DNA of 62,183 nt from positions 1-62,183 of the forward strand of contig CAMRCO010000001.1 in the NCBI GenBank assembly GCA_947040945.1, in the 5' to 3' direction. Shown here piece by piece: positions 1-9,199 of the stretch. The notes beneath the pieces are model-generated. The model was not told where the DNA came from. It saw only the letters and a list, made by a program, of their open reading frames with translations, and ran no database searches. Each line of letters begins with the position of its first letter. Position 1 is the stretch's first letter. The stretch is from an uncultured Spirochaetia bacterium (GTDB taxonomy: Bacteria > Spirochaetota > Brachyspiria > Brachyspirales > Brachyspiraceae). A program made the position numbers and the translations under genes.

Positions 1-32
1 ATAAATCTAGTCGCCACATAAAAACAATTAAA

Positions 33-677
33 CTATTTTGTAGTAGTTAAGTTATAAGCGTCATTCCAAAAAGAGTATTCTAAAAACAAAGCTTGCCTAA
101 ACACATGCTTCATATCATTTTGACAAGCAGGATAGTCTTTAGCAAATTTATCCAAAACTCTCAATTGTTTATTAAGAAACTCTTCAACCTCTGGCAAGCA
201 GTTAGCAATAAACCAATATTCATATTTATTATTTACAAACTCTTTTTCAGAAAACTTTTTACCCAAATGAACATAAAGCCATGGGCAAGGAATTGTGCTT
301 GCGTACGCAATAGGCAAATCACTAGTTGATGTATGCTTAAGTAAAAAATTTCTATAATTTTCATAAGCAGGAGTAAAATGACCTGTCGCATTAAAATTAG
401 ATAGAACTGTATATTTTTTATGAACATTCTCTTGCTCTTTGAAACAGCCTAACACAGAATCAAGAAACAGTTTAAGCATATCATTATTTACTGACCTCGC
501 AAGTAAAAAAGCATTAGCTCTTGCAAAGTCATTTAAATAATGTATGTCTTGCTCAATATAATAGAAAAAACGCTCATCAGTAAGCACCCCGCTATACATT
601 TCCTGAATAAAAGGCATTTCCTCTATTTTTGTTATAATATCTTCATTTTCTTTCCAAACCATATCATAAAATGACAT
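33..677 (-). CDS. tenA: TenA/thiaminase II family protein (aminopyrimidine aminohydrolase-like)
   Basis: 214-aa ORF. The pattern FIQEMYSGVLTDERFFYYIEQDIHYL plus C-terminal LFLEYSFWNDAY matches the haem-oxygenase-like TenA family by eye. No HMM run. Confidence 0.75.
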   Translation of the reverse strand: MSFYDMVWKENEDIITKIEEMPFIQEMYSGVLTDERFFYYIEQDIHYLNDFARANAFLLARSVNNDMLKLFLDSVLGCFKEQENVHKKYTVLSNFNATGHFTPAYENYRNFLLKHTSTSDLPIAYASTIPCPWLYVHLGKKFSEKEFVNNKYEYWFIANCLPEVEEFLNKQLRVLDKFAKDYPACQNDMKHVFRQALFLEYSFWNDAYNLTTTK

Positions 678-832
678 TTCAAATCCTTTTTTGTATTATT
701 TCATTTTTATAATATAAATTATAAAAAATGCATCTTTTGATTTAAATACTAAAATAGTCTTGCAATATATAAAGCAATACACTATCTTATATATTAAGTA
801 TATTTATTTATTTTTCAAGGAGTATATTTATT

Positions 833-2326
833 ATGGAGAACTATGGATTTCTTTCAATATTACCTATAATAGTCGCTATCACAATGTCTATAAAAACAAA
901 AAATGTTATTGTGTCGCTTTTTTGTAGTGTATTTTTAGGTGTTCTAATGCTTTCAGGTTATAACCCAATAAACGCTACTCAAGTTCTTATAACAGACTAT
1001 TTCGTGGCTCAGGTTACAGACAGCTATAATGCGGGTGTTATTGTTCTTATGATTTTTATTGGTGGATTTATTGAGCTTATGCTTTATTCTGGTGGTGCTT
1101 ATGCATTTGCTACCAGTGCAAGTAAGTTTATAAACTCAAAGAAAAAGGCACAAATGGGTGCATATTTAGGAGGAATCATCGTATTCTTTTCAGACTTAGG
1201 AACTCCTTTAATTGTAGGACCTGTATTTTCTGCTTTTTTCCATAAGCTTAAAGTATCAAAAGAAAAGCTAGCATACATACTCGACTCAACATCGTCTCCA
1301 ATATGTGTACTTATACCTTTCATCGGTTGGGGAGTTTTTGTAATAGGACTTCTTCAAAAAGAGTTTATAAACCTATCCCTCGACATATCTGATTATGGTG
1401 CTTTTGTGTCATCAATTCCTTTTAATATTTACTCAATATTGTCAGTAACAATTATACCTGCGATAATATTATTAAACTTTGACTTTAAGGCTATGAAAAA
1501 ATATGATTTTGATTTATATACTGATGAAAAAGTTTTAGAAGAAGAGAATATTGCATCAAAATATAGAGTAGAAAATGCTAAGCCTTCATTCATTTGGCTT
1601 CCAATACTTGTTCTACTTATAACATTATTTTCAATGCTTGGAGTTGACTTTCTTGTAGGGAAAGTACCAGGATCTGCATTTAGAGCAGCTCTCTCCAGTG
1701 GATATTTGTATGCTGCTTTTGTACTTGGTCTTTTAATCATTATAAACAAAACAAAAAAGTTTAATGAAGTATTTAAGATTTATTTAAATGGCATGCTTAA
1801 AATGACAGAAATAGCCATCATATTAATACTTGCTTGGAGTCTTGGTTTATTAAATAAAAATTTAGGCACATCAGTATATATTGTAAATTTCGTGAAAGCC
1901 ATAAACCTTAATCCAAGCTTGCTCCCTGCCATAATATTTATTATTGGTGCTTTAATATCATTTGCGACAGGAAGCTCATGGGGTGTGTTTAGCATAATGA
2001 TACCACTTGTTATCCCTATGGCTATAGCACTTGATGCTCCTCTTTATGTTACAATAGGAGCAGTACTTTCTGGTGGAGTATTTGGAGACCATTGTTCACC
2101 AATATCTGCCACAACTATATTGTCATCAGCAGGTGCAGGATGTACTTTAATTGACCACGTAAAAAGTCAGCTCCCTTATGCAATATTTAATGCGTCATTC
2201 GCCTTAATTATATTTATTGTGTCAGGATTTATGAGCCATCCAATAGTGCCAATGTCAGGAATTATTATTCAAATACTTGTGTTAATGATGTTAAAATTAA
2301 GACAAACAAAAATGGAAAAAGCTTAA
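833..2326 (+). CDS. Na+/H+ antiporter NhaC-family membrane transporter
   Basis: 497-aa polytopic ORF with about 11-12 hydrophobic spans. The N-terminus FLSILPIIVAITMSIKTKNVIVSLF and overall layout resemble the NhaC/MleN family. aaggag lies upstream. The 17-bp gap to argH suggests co-transcription. Confidence 0.65.
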   Translation: MENYGFLSILPIIVAITMSIKTKNVIVSLFCSVFLGVLMLSGYNPINATQVLITDYFVAQVTDSYNAGVIVLMIFIGGFIELMLYSGGAYAFATSASKFINSKKKAQMGAYLGGIIVFFSDLGTPLIVGPVFSAFFHKLKVSKEKLAYILDSTSSPICVLIPFIGWGVFVIGLLQKEFINLSLDISDYGAFVSSIPFNIYSILSVTIIPAIILLNFDFKAMKKYDFDLYTDEKVLEEENIASKYRVENAKPSFIWLPILVLLITLFSMLGVDFLVGKVPGSAFRAALSSGYLYAAFVLGLLIIINKTKKFNEVFKIYLNGMLKMTEIAIILILAWSLGLLNKNLGTSVYIVNFVKAINLNPSLLPAIIFIIGALISFATGSSWGVFSIMIPLVIPMAIALDAPLYVTIGAVLSGGVFGDHCSPISATTILSSAGAGCTLIDHVKSQLPYAIFNASFALIIFIVSGFMSHPIVPMSGIIIQILVLMMLKLRQTKMEKA

Positions 2327-2343
2327 AATAATAAGGAGTTTCT

Positions 2344-3777
2344 ATGCAATACTTTTCAGGAAGATTTAAAGACAAAGCAAGTGATTTAATGCTAGACTTT
2401 CATAGCTCAATAATGTTTGATCAAAGACTTTATAAATATGATATTGTTGGTAGCATGGCTCATGCTATGGGTATTTCTAATGCTGGTATTATAAGTGATA
2501 AAGAATGTACAGAAATTAAAAATGCATTATCTGAAATATTAAATGATATTGAAAATGGAGAAATAGAGTTTTCGATAACTTATGAAGATATACACATGAA
2601 TATAGAACATATTCTAACACAAAGAATAGGTGAGTTAGGGAAAAAATTACACACAGCAAGAAGCAGAAATGATCAAGTCGCACTCGACATAAAACTCTAT
2701 GCTCGTGATAAAATTGTTGATATAAAAAATCTTCTACTACAAATGATGAAGACAATTAATACTATAGCAGACGGAACGCTTGACTATTATATGCCGAGTT
2801 TTACTCATCTTCAAAAAGCACAACCAATAACATTCGCTCACTACGTGTCAGCATACTCACAAATGTTTAAGCGTGATTATTTAAGGCTTGAAAATGCGTA
2901 TGATTTGCTTAATTATTGTCCACTGGGGGCAGCCGCTCTCGCAGGCTCAACATACAAGATTGATAGGTATTATACAAGCAGCCTATTAGAGTTTGACTCT
3001 CCTACAGAAAACACAATTGACAGTGTTTCTGACAGAGATCATATAATAGAAATTATTAGTGCATTATCAATAGTAATGATGCATCTTTCAAGATTTTCTG
3101 AAGAGATAATACTTTTTAGTTCAACTGATTTTGGCTATATTGAGCTTAGCGATGAGTTTTCAACAGGCAGTAGCATTATGCCTCAAAAGAAAAATCCTGA
3201 CGCAGCCGAGCTTGTTCGTGGAAAATCAGGGCGTGTGTTTGGCTCTTTAATGTCTATACTTACAACTATGAAAGGCACACCACTCGCATACAATAAAGAT
3301 ATGCAAGAAGACAAAGAAGCATTTTTCGACAGCATCGAGACAGTAGAGGCATCATTAACTGTTTTTATAGGGATGCTTGAAACTATGCAAATAAAAAAAG
3401 ATACTTTACTTAAGTCTTGTGGAAACGGCTTCATTAACTCAACTGACTTAGCCGACTATTTAGTTGCTAAAGGAATACCATTTAGGGATGCATATAAAAT
3501 TGTTGGTAGTATAGTTTATTATGCCATAGAGGAAAATGTTACTCTAGAAGATATTGATATAGAAACATATAAAAGCTATTCTAACTTATTTGACAAAGAT
3601 ATTTATAAAGCCATTTCAATAGAAACTTGTGTTAAAAACAGGTCTTTATTTGGAGGGCCTAGCAAAGAAAGTGTAGAAGGTTCTATAAAAAACTTAAATC
3701 ATTTTATAAAAACAGAAAACACAAAAACTTATAAAAGTGATGTGAACTCTATATTAAATAAACTACTTAAGAGCTAA
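2344..3777 (+). CDS. argH: argininosuccinate lyase
   Basis: Fumarate-lyase signature GSSIMPQKKNPD, TARSRNDQVALD, and an N-terminal SGRF...FHSSIMFDQRLYKYDIVGSMAHA typical of ArgH. aaggag SD 7 nt upstream. Confidence 0.9.
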   Translation: MQYFSGRFKDKASDLMLDFHSSIMFDQRLYKYDIVGSMAHAMGISNAGIISDKECTEIKNALSEILNDIENGEIEFSITYEDIHMNIEHILTQRIGELGKKLHTARSRNDQVALDIKLYARDKIVDIKNLLLQMMKTINTIADGTLDYYMPSFTHLQKAQPITFAHYVSAYSQMFKRDYLRLENAYDLLNYCPLGAAALAGSTYKIDRYYTSSLLEFDSPTENTIDSVSDRDHIIEIISALSIVMMHLSRFSEEIILFSSTDFGYIELSDEFSTGSSIMPQKKNPDAAELVRGKSGRVFGSLMSILTTMKGTPLAYNKDMQEDKEAFFDSIETVEASLTVFIGMLETMQIKKDTLLKSCGNGFINSTDLADYLVAKGIPFRDAYKIVGSIVYYAIEENVTLEDIDIETYKSYSNLFDKDIYKAISIETCVKNRSLFGGPSKESVEGSIKNLNHFIKTENTKTYKSDVNSILNKLLKS

Positions 3778-4389
3778 AATTTTTGTTCCATGTAGCATTT
3801 TTGCTTTTGTATAATCAGCAAGCTCAGAAACATTTTCATGTGTTACCCCTGAGCCTGCTATTATATTAATTCTACCATTAGCATAATCAACTAGTTTTTT
3901 AAGTTCATCTTTATTTTTAGTAGCAGGCCCAACTTTACCGCCCTTTGTAAGGACAGCGTCAAAACCTAGTCTAATAAGCATGTCTAGGCTCTCTGTGTAG
4001 CTATTAGTCTCGTCAAACGCCATGTGACAGCTTACGCTCATATCACCTGCAAGCCTTTTCCATAAAGTCATTTGACTTTCATTAAGTTTTCCGTCAAGAG
4101 TTACTGCCCCTATTCTCACACTTTTAATGCCGAGTTTTTTACAAATAATAATGTCTTCACTTGCCACCTCTACCTCAGCATCTGTGTATATAAAATTACC
4201 ACCACGGGGTCTGATAAGCACAATGATAGGTATTGTAATATACTTGACACAAGCTTTAAGCACTCCATAAGAAGGAGTAGTGCCTCCAACCGACAAGTTA
4301 TCACAAAGCTCTACCGATGACGCTCCATTAAGAAATGCACTTATTGCACCATCATAATTTTCAACACAAACCTCTTTAAATATGCTCAT
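3763..4389 (-). CDS. cutC: CutC family (copper homeostasis-type TIM barrel) protein
   Basis: 208 aa. FKEVCVENYDGAISAFLNGASSVELCDNLSVGGTTPSYG matches the CutC N-terminal pattern. Last gene of the minus-strand ABC operon. 15-bp convergent overlap with argH. Confidence 0.8.
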   Translation of the reverse strand: MSIFKEVCVENYDGAISAFLNGASSVELCDNLSVGGTTPSYGVLKACVKYITIPIIVLIRPRGGNFIYTDAEVEVASEDIIICKKLGIKSVRIGAVTLDGKLNESQMTLWKRLAGDMSVSCHMAFDETNSYTESLDMLIRLGFDAVLTKGGKVGPATKNKDELKKLVDYANGRINIIAGSGVTHENVSELADYTKAKMLHGTKILALK

Positions 4390-4403
4390 TATAATAAACT
4401 CCT

Positions 4404-5867
4404 TTAAATATCTAGCACCATGTCTTTATCTAAAGGATATAAAGGACGTGGTACATTTTTATATTCAATGCTTTCTAAAATTTCATTACTACATCCGAAA
4501 GATGCTGCCATAATCGAATACTTTGATATTTTCTTAAAGCAGTCTTCAAGATAACCAAGCTTAACAATTACATGCGTTCTTTCACTAGGATTAACACCTA
4601 AAGCCATAAGCAATGCGTCATCCCCAAAACCAATATGTTTAGAAGTTAGAACTATGTCAATATTTTTATATGAGACTAAAGCAAGTGAAGAATTATAAGT
4701 GCCGTAGCTTTCAACATAATTTAATACTTTAACATCTAAAGAAATAGACTTACCGTTTATTTTGTCATAATGCCCACCAAGATTAATAGAAACATTATTT
4801 CCTATTCCAGCTTCTTTTGCTTTCTTTAATGATTCATCATCAAAAAAACCTGAATATAAAACTCTATAATTCGCATCATCAAGTTCAGTACGTTTTAATA
4901 AAGATTCAAGTAAATTAGTGCTGTCACCTGTTGCCCCTGCTGTTGGGTTATCACCTGAATCAGATAAAAATGATGGATATTCTTTTGACATAAGTAACTT
5001 ATCTATTGCCTCATCATTTGGGTATGTATCAACATGAAACTTAAAGTCGTTTCTTTTACTCCAAAAATAGCTCGCTAAATCTTTTGACAGTTTATCTGCC
5101 AAGTCTTTATCAGAATCTGTAACAACCAATGCTGTAACACCAACATCTTTATTATCAGCCCAAGGAAATCCCATAAGATAGCTCGCAGCAATTACTTTGT
5201 CATCAGTCTCACATTCTCTAAGCTTCTTAATCATAGAAAGCATAGGCTCAACTGTTGTTTCACTTTTCTCACCCGCTATTAAAATAGGAATCTTAAACGC
5301 AGACATTGTAAGCTTTTTAGCACCCTCTAAAACATGTTTCGCCATAATGGCAGCATGAGCACCTGTTTCATAAGTATCAATATGAGGAGCAGTTTTATAT
5401 CCTACAAAACCTGTAGCATTGTCATTCATTTTTTTAGTCCAAGTTGTATGCATATCAAGTGACACAAAAATAGGAATATCCTTAAAATGACTTCTTATCT
5501 CTTCAAGAAGTGTTCCCTCAGCGTCCCCAATATCCTCAACATACATTGACCCATGTAATGCCAAAACAATAGCATCAAGTGGCTTAGCACTTAAAAGCAT
5601 ATCTATCATTTCTTTTTTAGTAGATAAATAAAATTCTTTTGAAACCACACCATTTGGCACAGCACGAGCAAATATGGTTGGGCAAACATCATAACCATAA
5701 GACAGAAGCGTTTCAGTTATGCCTCTTGCTGAAAGATAACTGTCGCCCTTATTGGTCAAAAAATCATTTCCTTTAATAATAAAAAAGTCAGACTCTGTTG
5801 TAATAATTGGATTAAATGTATTAGACTCATGACTGAATCCGCCAACACCAATACGAAACTTCTCCAT
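4404..5867 (-). CDS. M81 family metallopeptidase (MlrC-like)
   Basis: 487 aa. The N-terminus FRIGVGGFSHESNTFNP and the length are typical of the M81/MlrC family. Confidence 0.75.
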   Translation of the reverse strand: MEKFRIGVGGFSHESNTFNPIITTESDFFIIKGNDFLTNKGDSYLSARGITETLLSYGYDVCPTIFARAVPNGVVSKEFYLSTKKEMIDMLLSAKPLDAIVLALHGSMYVEDIGDAEGTLLEEIRSHFKDIPIFVSLDMHTTWTKKMNDNATGFVGYKTAPHIDTYETGAHAAIMAKHVLEGAKKLTMSAFKIPILIAGEKSETTVEPMLSMIKKLRECETDDKVIAASYLMGFPWADNKDVGVTALVVTDSDKDLADKLSKDLASYFWSKRNDFKFHVDTYPNDEAIDKLLMSKEYPSFLSDSGDNPTAGATGDSTNLLESLLKRTELDDANYRVLYSGFFDDESLKKAKEAGIGNNVSINLGGHYDKINGKSISLDVKVLNYVESYGTYNSSLALVSYKNIDIVLTSKHIGFGDDALLMALGVNPSERTHVIVKLGYLEDCFKKISKYSIMAASFGCSNEILESIEYKNVPRPLYPLDKDMVLDI

Positions 5868-5895
5868 AAATAAAATCCTTTAATATTTTTATATA

Positions 5896-6771
5896 TTATT
5901 CTTTTAATGCACCTTCACCAAATCCCTTAATTAATTGTTTATGAAAAATCATATAAAAAACAATCATAGGTATTATAGAAATAACAAGAGCCGCAAACTG
6001 CATCCCATATTCAGAGTTAAGTCTACCAGCAAAACTATAAATTGCTACAGGTAAACTACGCATATCATTTCCTGTTGTAAGTACAAAGACAAAGATAAAC
6101 TCATTCCAATGCCTTAAAAACGACAATATAGTCATTGTAGCAATAACAGGAGTTGAACACGGAATTATAATACTAAAAAATATTTGAATATAATTAGCAC
6201 CGTCAATAGATGCTGACTCAATTAAAGCATCAGGTATACTTCTAATATATGAATAAGCAATTAGGGTAGACATAGGAAGACCAAAAGCAATATATGGAAT
6301 AATAACTCCAAGCCTTGTGTTGATAATACCGAGTCTACTTTCCATAAGAAATAATGGAACAATAGCCGACTGAACTGTAAAAAGAAGCCCAACAGTAAGA
6401 GCCCCATAAATAATACCCGACCAACGACTTTTAATTTTTGAAAGAGCAAAGCCTGCTGAAAGTGCTAAAAACACAGTAAGAACAGTTGAAACGAATGTAT
6501 AAAATACACTGTTCACTAAAGCGATGTCCATATTACCAATGGTCCACGCATTAATATAGTTTATAACTGTGGGGTCTTTTGGTAATGCTAATGGAAAATT
6601 TAATATTTCTCCATGCGTTTTAAATGACGAATAAAAAAGCCATACTAATGGGAAAATAGTAAGTATAGTGAAACTTATCATTAAAATATATGAAATTGTT
6701 TTCCAACTAACTGGTATATAATCATTATTTTTATTTACTTTATGCATTTGTTTTCCTCGTAAATTAACCAT
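5896..6771 (-). CDS. carbohydrate-type (CUT1) ABC transporter permease, MalG-like
   Basis: 291 aa, 6 hydrophobic spans, EAA-loop IESASIDGANYIQIFFSIIIP. 8-bp overlap with the upstream permease. Confidence 0.85.
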   Translation of the reverse strand: MVNLRGKQMHKVNKNNDYIPVSWKTISYILMISFTILTIFPLVWLFYSSFKTHGEILNFPLALPKDPTVINYINAWTIGNMDIALVNSVFYTFVSTVLTVFLALSAGFALSKIKSRWSGIIYGALTVGLLFTVQSAIVPLFLMESRLGIINTRLGVIIPYIAFGLPMSTLIAYSYIRSIPDALIESASIDGANYIQIFFSIIIPCSTPVIATMTILSFLRHWNEFIFVFVLTTGNDMRSLPVAIYSFAGRLNSEYGMQFAALVISIIPMIVFYMIFHKQLIKGFGEGALKE

Positions 6772-7657
6772 CTATTTTTTTCTCAACTCGCTTCATAACA
6801 TATTTCGAAGCTACGATAATTGAAACACTAAGAAGTACTATTACAATTGAAACAGCACTACCATATCCATAATTTTGATATACAAATGTGTTTTGATACA
6901 TGTAAATTCCTATTACACTAGTATAATTAGCAGGTCCACCACCTGTCATTGAGAACACCAAATCAAAACTCTTAAAGCTTCCAGAAATTGCGAAAACACT
7001 ATTAATAAAAATAACTCCGATCATAGCAGGTATAATAATGCGTAAGAAAATATCCATCTCACTTGCACCATCTAAAACAGCTGCCTCAATTATATTTTGA
7101 GGAATACGTTGTAAATTAGCAAGAAAAATAACCATATATAAACTTGTAAACTGCCAAACTAAAACAAAAAGTACAGGCATTATACCCCAATATTTACTTT
7201 CAAATATACTAACAACATACTCTTTGTTGCCTGTAATACTTCTTATTAAAGCTGTGAAAACTCCTACGGGAGAAAAAATTCTATACCATAAAAGAGCTAT
7301 AACTACAGCAGAAATTGTTATAGGTAAAAAAATCATAACCTCAAAAAACTTATCACCTTTAACCATTTTGCGATAAAGCATATATGCAAGTAAAAGCCCT
7401 AAAGGAATTTGAACTAACACAGATGACACCATAATCCACATATTATTACGCAAACTATGCATAAAAACGGGGTCTTGAAACATTTTAATATAATTAGCAA
7501 AACCAATAAACTCTATGGCGTCATATCCCTTCCAACTTGTAAAACCAAGCACAAAGCTCATGGCAATTGGAAAAAGAACAGCCGATAAATATATTAAAAT
7601 TGGTGGTGCAACAAGAATGAAATATGCCTTTTTTTTAGATATATTTATCATAAACAC
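6764..7657 (-). CDS. carbohydrate-type (CUT1) ABC transporter permease, MalF-like
   Basis: 297 aa, EAA-loop IEAAVLDGASEMDIFLRIIIP, 6 hydrophobic spans. Confidence 0.85.
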   Translation of the reverse strand: MFMINISKKKAYFILVAPPILIYLSAVLFPIAMSFVLGFTSWKGYDAIEFIGFANYIKMFQDPVFMHSLRNNMWIMVSSVLVQIPLGLLLAYMLYRKMVKGDKFFEVMIFLPITISAVVIALLWYRIFSPVGVFTALIRSITGNKEYVVSIFESKYWGIMPVLFVLVWQFTSLYMVIFLANLQRIPQNIIEAAVLDGASEMDIFLRIIIPAMIGVIFINSVFAISGSFKSFDLVFSMTGGGPANYTSVIGIYMYQNTFVYQNYGYGSAVSIVIVLLSVSIIVASKYVMKRVEKKIDG

Positions 7658-7731
7658 TCCTTAAATAAATTATATACTTGCGAGGAGAATTAAACTCTCC
7701 CCACAAATATATATATATAAATAATTAAATA

Positions 7732-9015
7732 CTATTTTTTTCTGTTCGAATCATTTTCAGCAACCCAAGCTTCGTATTCATTAGCAACCTCTTCTGGAGT
7801 TTTATTTCCAAGAAGCATTTCTTGAATAGCAGGGTTTAATACACCCATTCCTTCAGCATCCATTTTAGCATCAATAACATAACCCATGGGAGTCTCTTCT
7901 ATGAACTTAATATATTTTGCTGTTAAAGGATCAATATCATATTTGCTCATGTCTAAGTTGTAAGTAGTTACAGTGTCAGATTTCATTTTCATATCTGCCC
8001 CTATAGCACCTGTATCAAAATACATAAACTCCCAAGCAGCATCAGCCTTAGCACCGACAAGTTTAGAACTCATACCAACACCTTCACCTAATGTTACAAC
8101 ACTAGAGTTTGGAAAAGTTTCACCGGGTACTGCAGGATAAACTTTCATATCGGTTGTAGCAGCTTGTTCTTCTGTCATAGCACCTTTCATTACAGGAACT
8201 CTCCAAGCAGAATCAATTAAATATAATGCCTTACCTTGAATAAACTCTTCTAAAGCTAAACTATGAGCAAGCTGATTAATTCCAGCACTGAACATTTTTT
8301 CTTTTTGAAGCTCATCAATTATTTTAAGAGCATTAACAAAGTTCGCATCAGAGAACTTAGCGTCCCCTTTCATAGCTTTATCAAACCACTCAGTTCCACC
8401 ATAACGAGCTACAATAGCACTAAAAAATAATGAGTTCATAACCCAATCAGCTGAGTTACCAAAAGCAATAGGAGTGTAACCTGCATTACGAATAATTTCA
8501 CCTTGTGCAATTAACTCTTCATGTGTTTTAGGAAATGTTAATCCTAGCTCATCAAGAATTTTTGTGTTTACATACATTACATGAGCTACTGCTAAGTTTG
8601 GAGAAACAAAATAAATCTCTCCATTGTCGCCTTGAGCATCCCAAATATTATCATTATATTCAGATTTAACTTTGTCAGTATAAGATGAAATATCTTTAAC
8701 AAGTCCTCTATCTGTAATATATGCAGTTCTTGAACCTAGATATATTGTAAAAATATCTGGAGTTATACCCGCTGCTGTCATAGCTTGAAATTTTTGATGA
8801 TAAGCTTCACCACTTACAAATTCCCACTCAATTTTAATATTAGTATGTGATTTTTCAAACGCTTCCATGATGTCCATACTTTCTTTATGTTGTGGATGAA
8901 CAGGATCAATTTGACGGAATCCAACTAATGTAACAACACCGTCTTCAGTTTTCTCGCTTTTACCACAAGATAAAGCAAGCATTAAAATAATAATCGACAA
9001 TAACAACTTCTTCAT
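7732..9015 (-). CDS. ABC transporter extracellular solute-binding lipoprotein, copy 1
   Basis: 427 aa. Lipoprotein signal MKKLLLSIIILMLALSC. Family-1 sugar-type SBP layout. Heads the permease operon. Confidence 0.85.
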   Translation of the reverse strand: MKKLLLSIIILMLALSCGKSEKTEDGVVTLVGFRQIDPVHPQHKESMDIMEAFEKSHTNIKIEWEFVSGEAYHQKFQAMTAAGITPDIFTIYLGSRTAYITDRGLVKDISSYTDKVKSEYNDNIWDAQGDNGEIYFVSPNLAVAHVMYVNTKILDELGLTFPKTHEELIAQGEIIRNAGYTPIAFGNSADWVMNSLFFSAIVARYGGTEWFDKAMKGDAKFSDANFVNALKIIDELQKEKMFSAGINQLAHSLALEEFIQGKALYLIDSAWRVPVMKGAMTEEQAATTDMKVYPAVPGETFPNSSVVTLGEGVGMSSKLVGAKADAAWEFMYFDTGAIGADMKMKSDTVTTYNLDMSKYDIDPLTAKYIKFIEETPMGYVIDAKMDAEGMGVLNPAIQEMLLGNKTPEEVANEYEAWVAENDSNRKK

Positions 9016-9120
9016 AAATACCCCTTTAAATTAAATAGCTAAATTATAGCACTTGAAGTGTAGCACAAAAATTTAATTAATCAATAGGAAAATAAAAGTA
9101 AATATATAGTTCTTAAAAAA

Positions 9121-9199
9121 TATAATATTTACTAATTAAATATTATAGAACTCATAGAGTCTAGTGTCTTAGGTAAATTATCTTAAATGCTATTTTTTT
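9121..9199 (-). pseudogene. 79-bp relic of the 3' end of the lipoprotein gene at 11094-11741
   Basis: Colinear with 11083-11161 at a constant offset of 1962 bp. 9121-9176 has 1 mismatch and 9177-9199 has 5. It covers 11 nt of 3' UTR plus the last 22 codons, and ends in ctattttttt, which is also the stop-codon region of the SBP gene. Confidence 0.85.

Noticed and set aside
93-427. ORFs of 60-130 aa lying antisense to, or out of frame with, longer genes. Examples: 93-329, 233-427, 1099-1323, 13733-14050, 15834-16109, 16905-17267, 23783-24178, 26137-26373, 53780-54142 and similar entries in the track.
   Set aside because: Each is fully embedded in a longer ORF with clear family motifs. Their products are low-complexity or hydrophobic shadow translations (for example the mirror image of the ankyrin repeats). 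None has a recognisable SD.
678-832. Looked for a TPP (THI-box) riboswitch upstream of tenA.
   Set aside because: The 155-bp leader is almost pure A/T, with no CUGAGA-type core or GC-rich helices. It also serves as the divergent promoter region for the NhaC gene.
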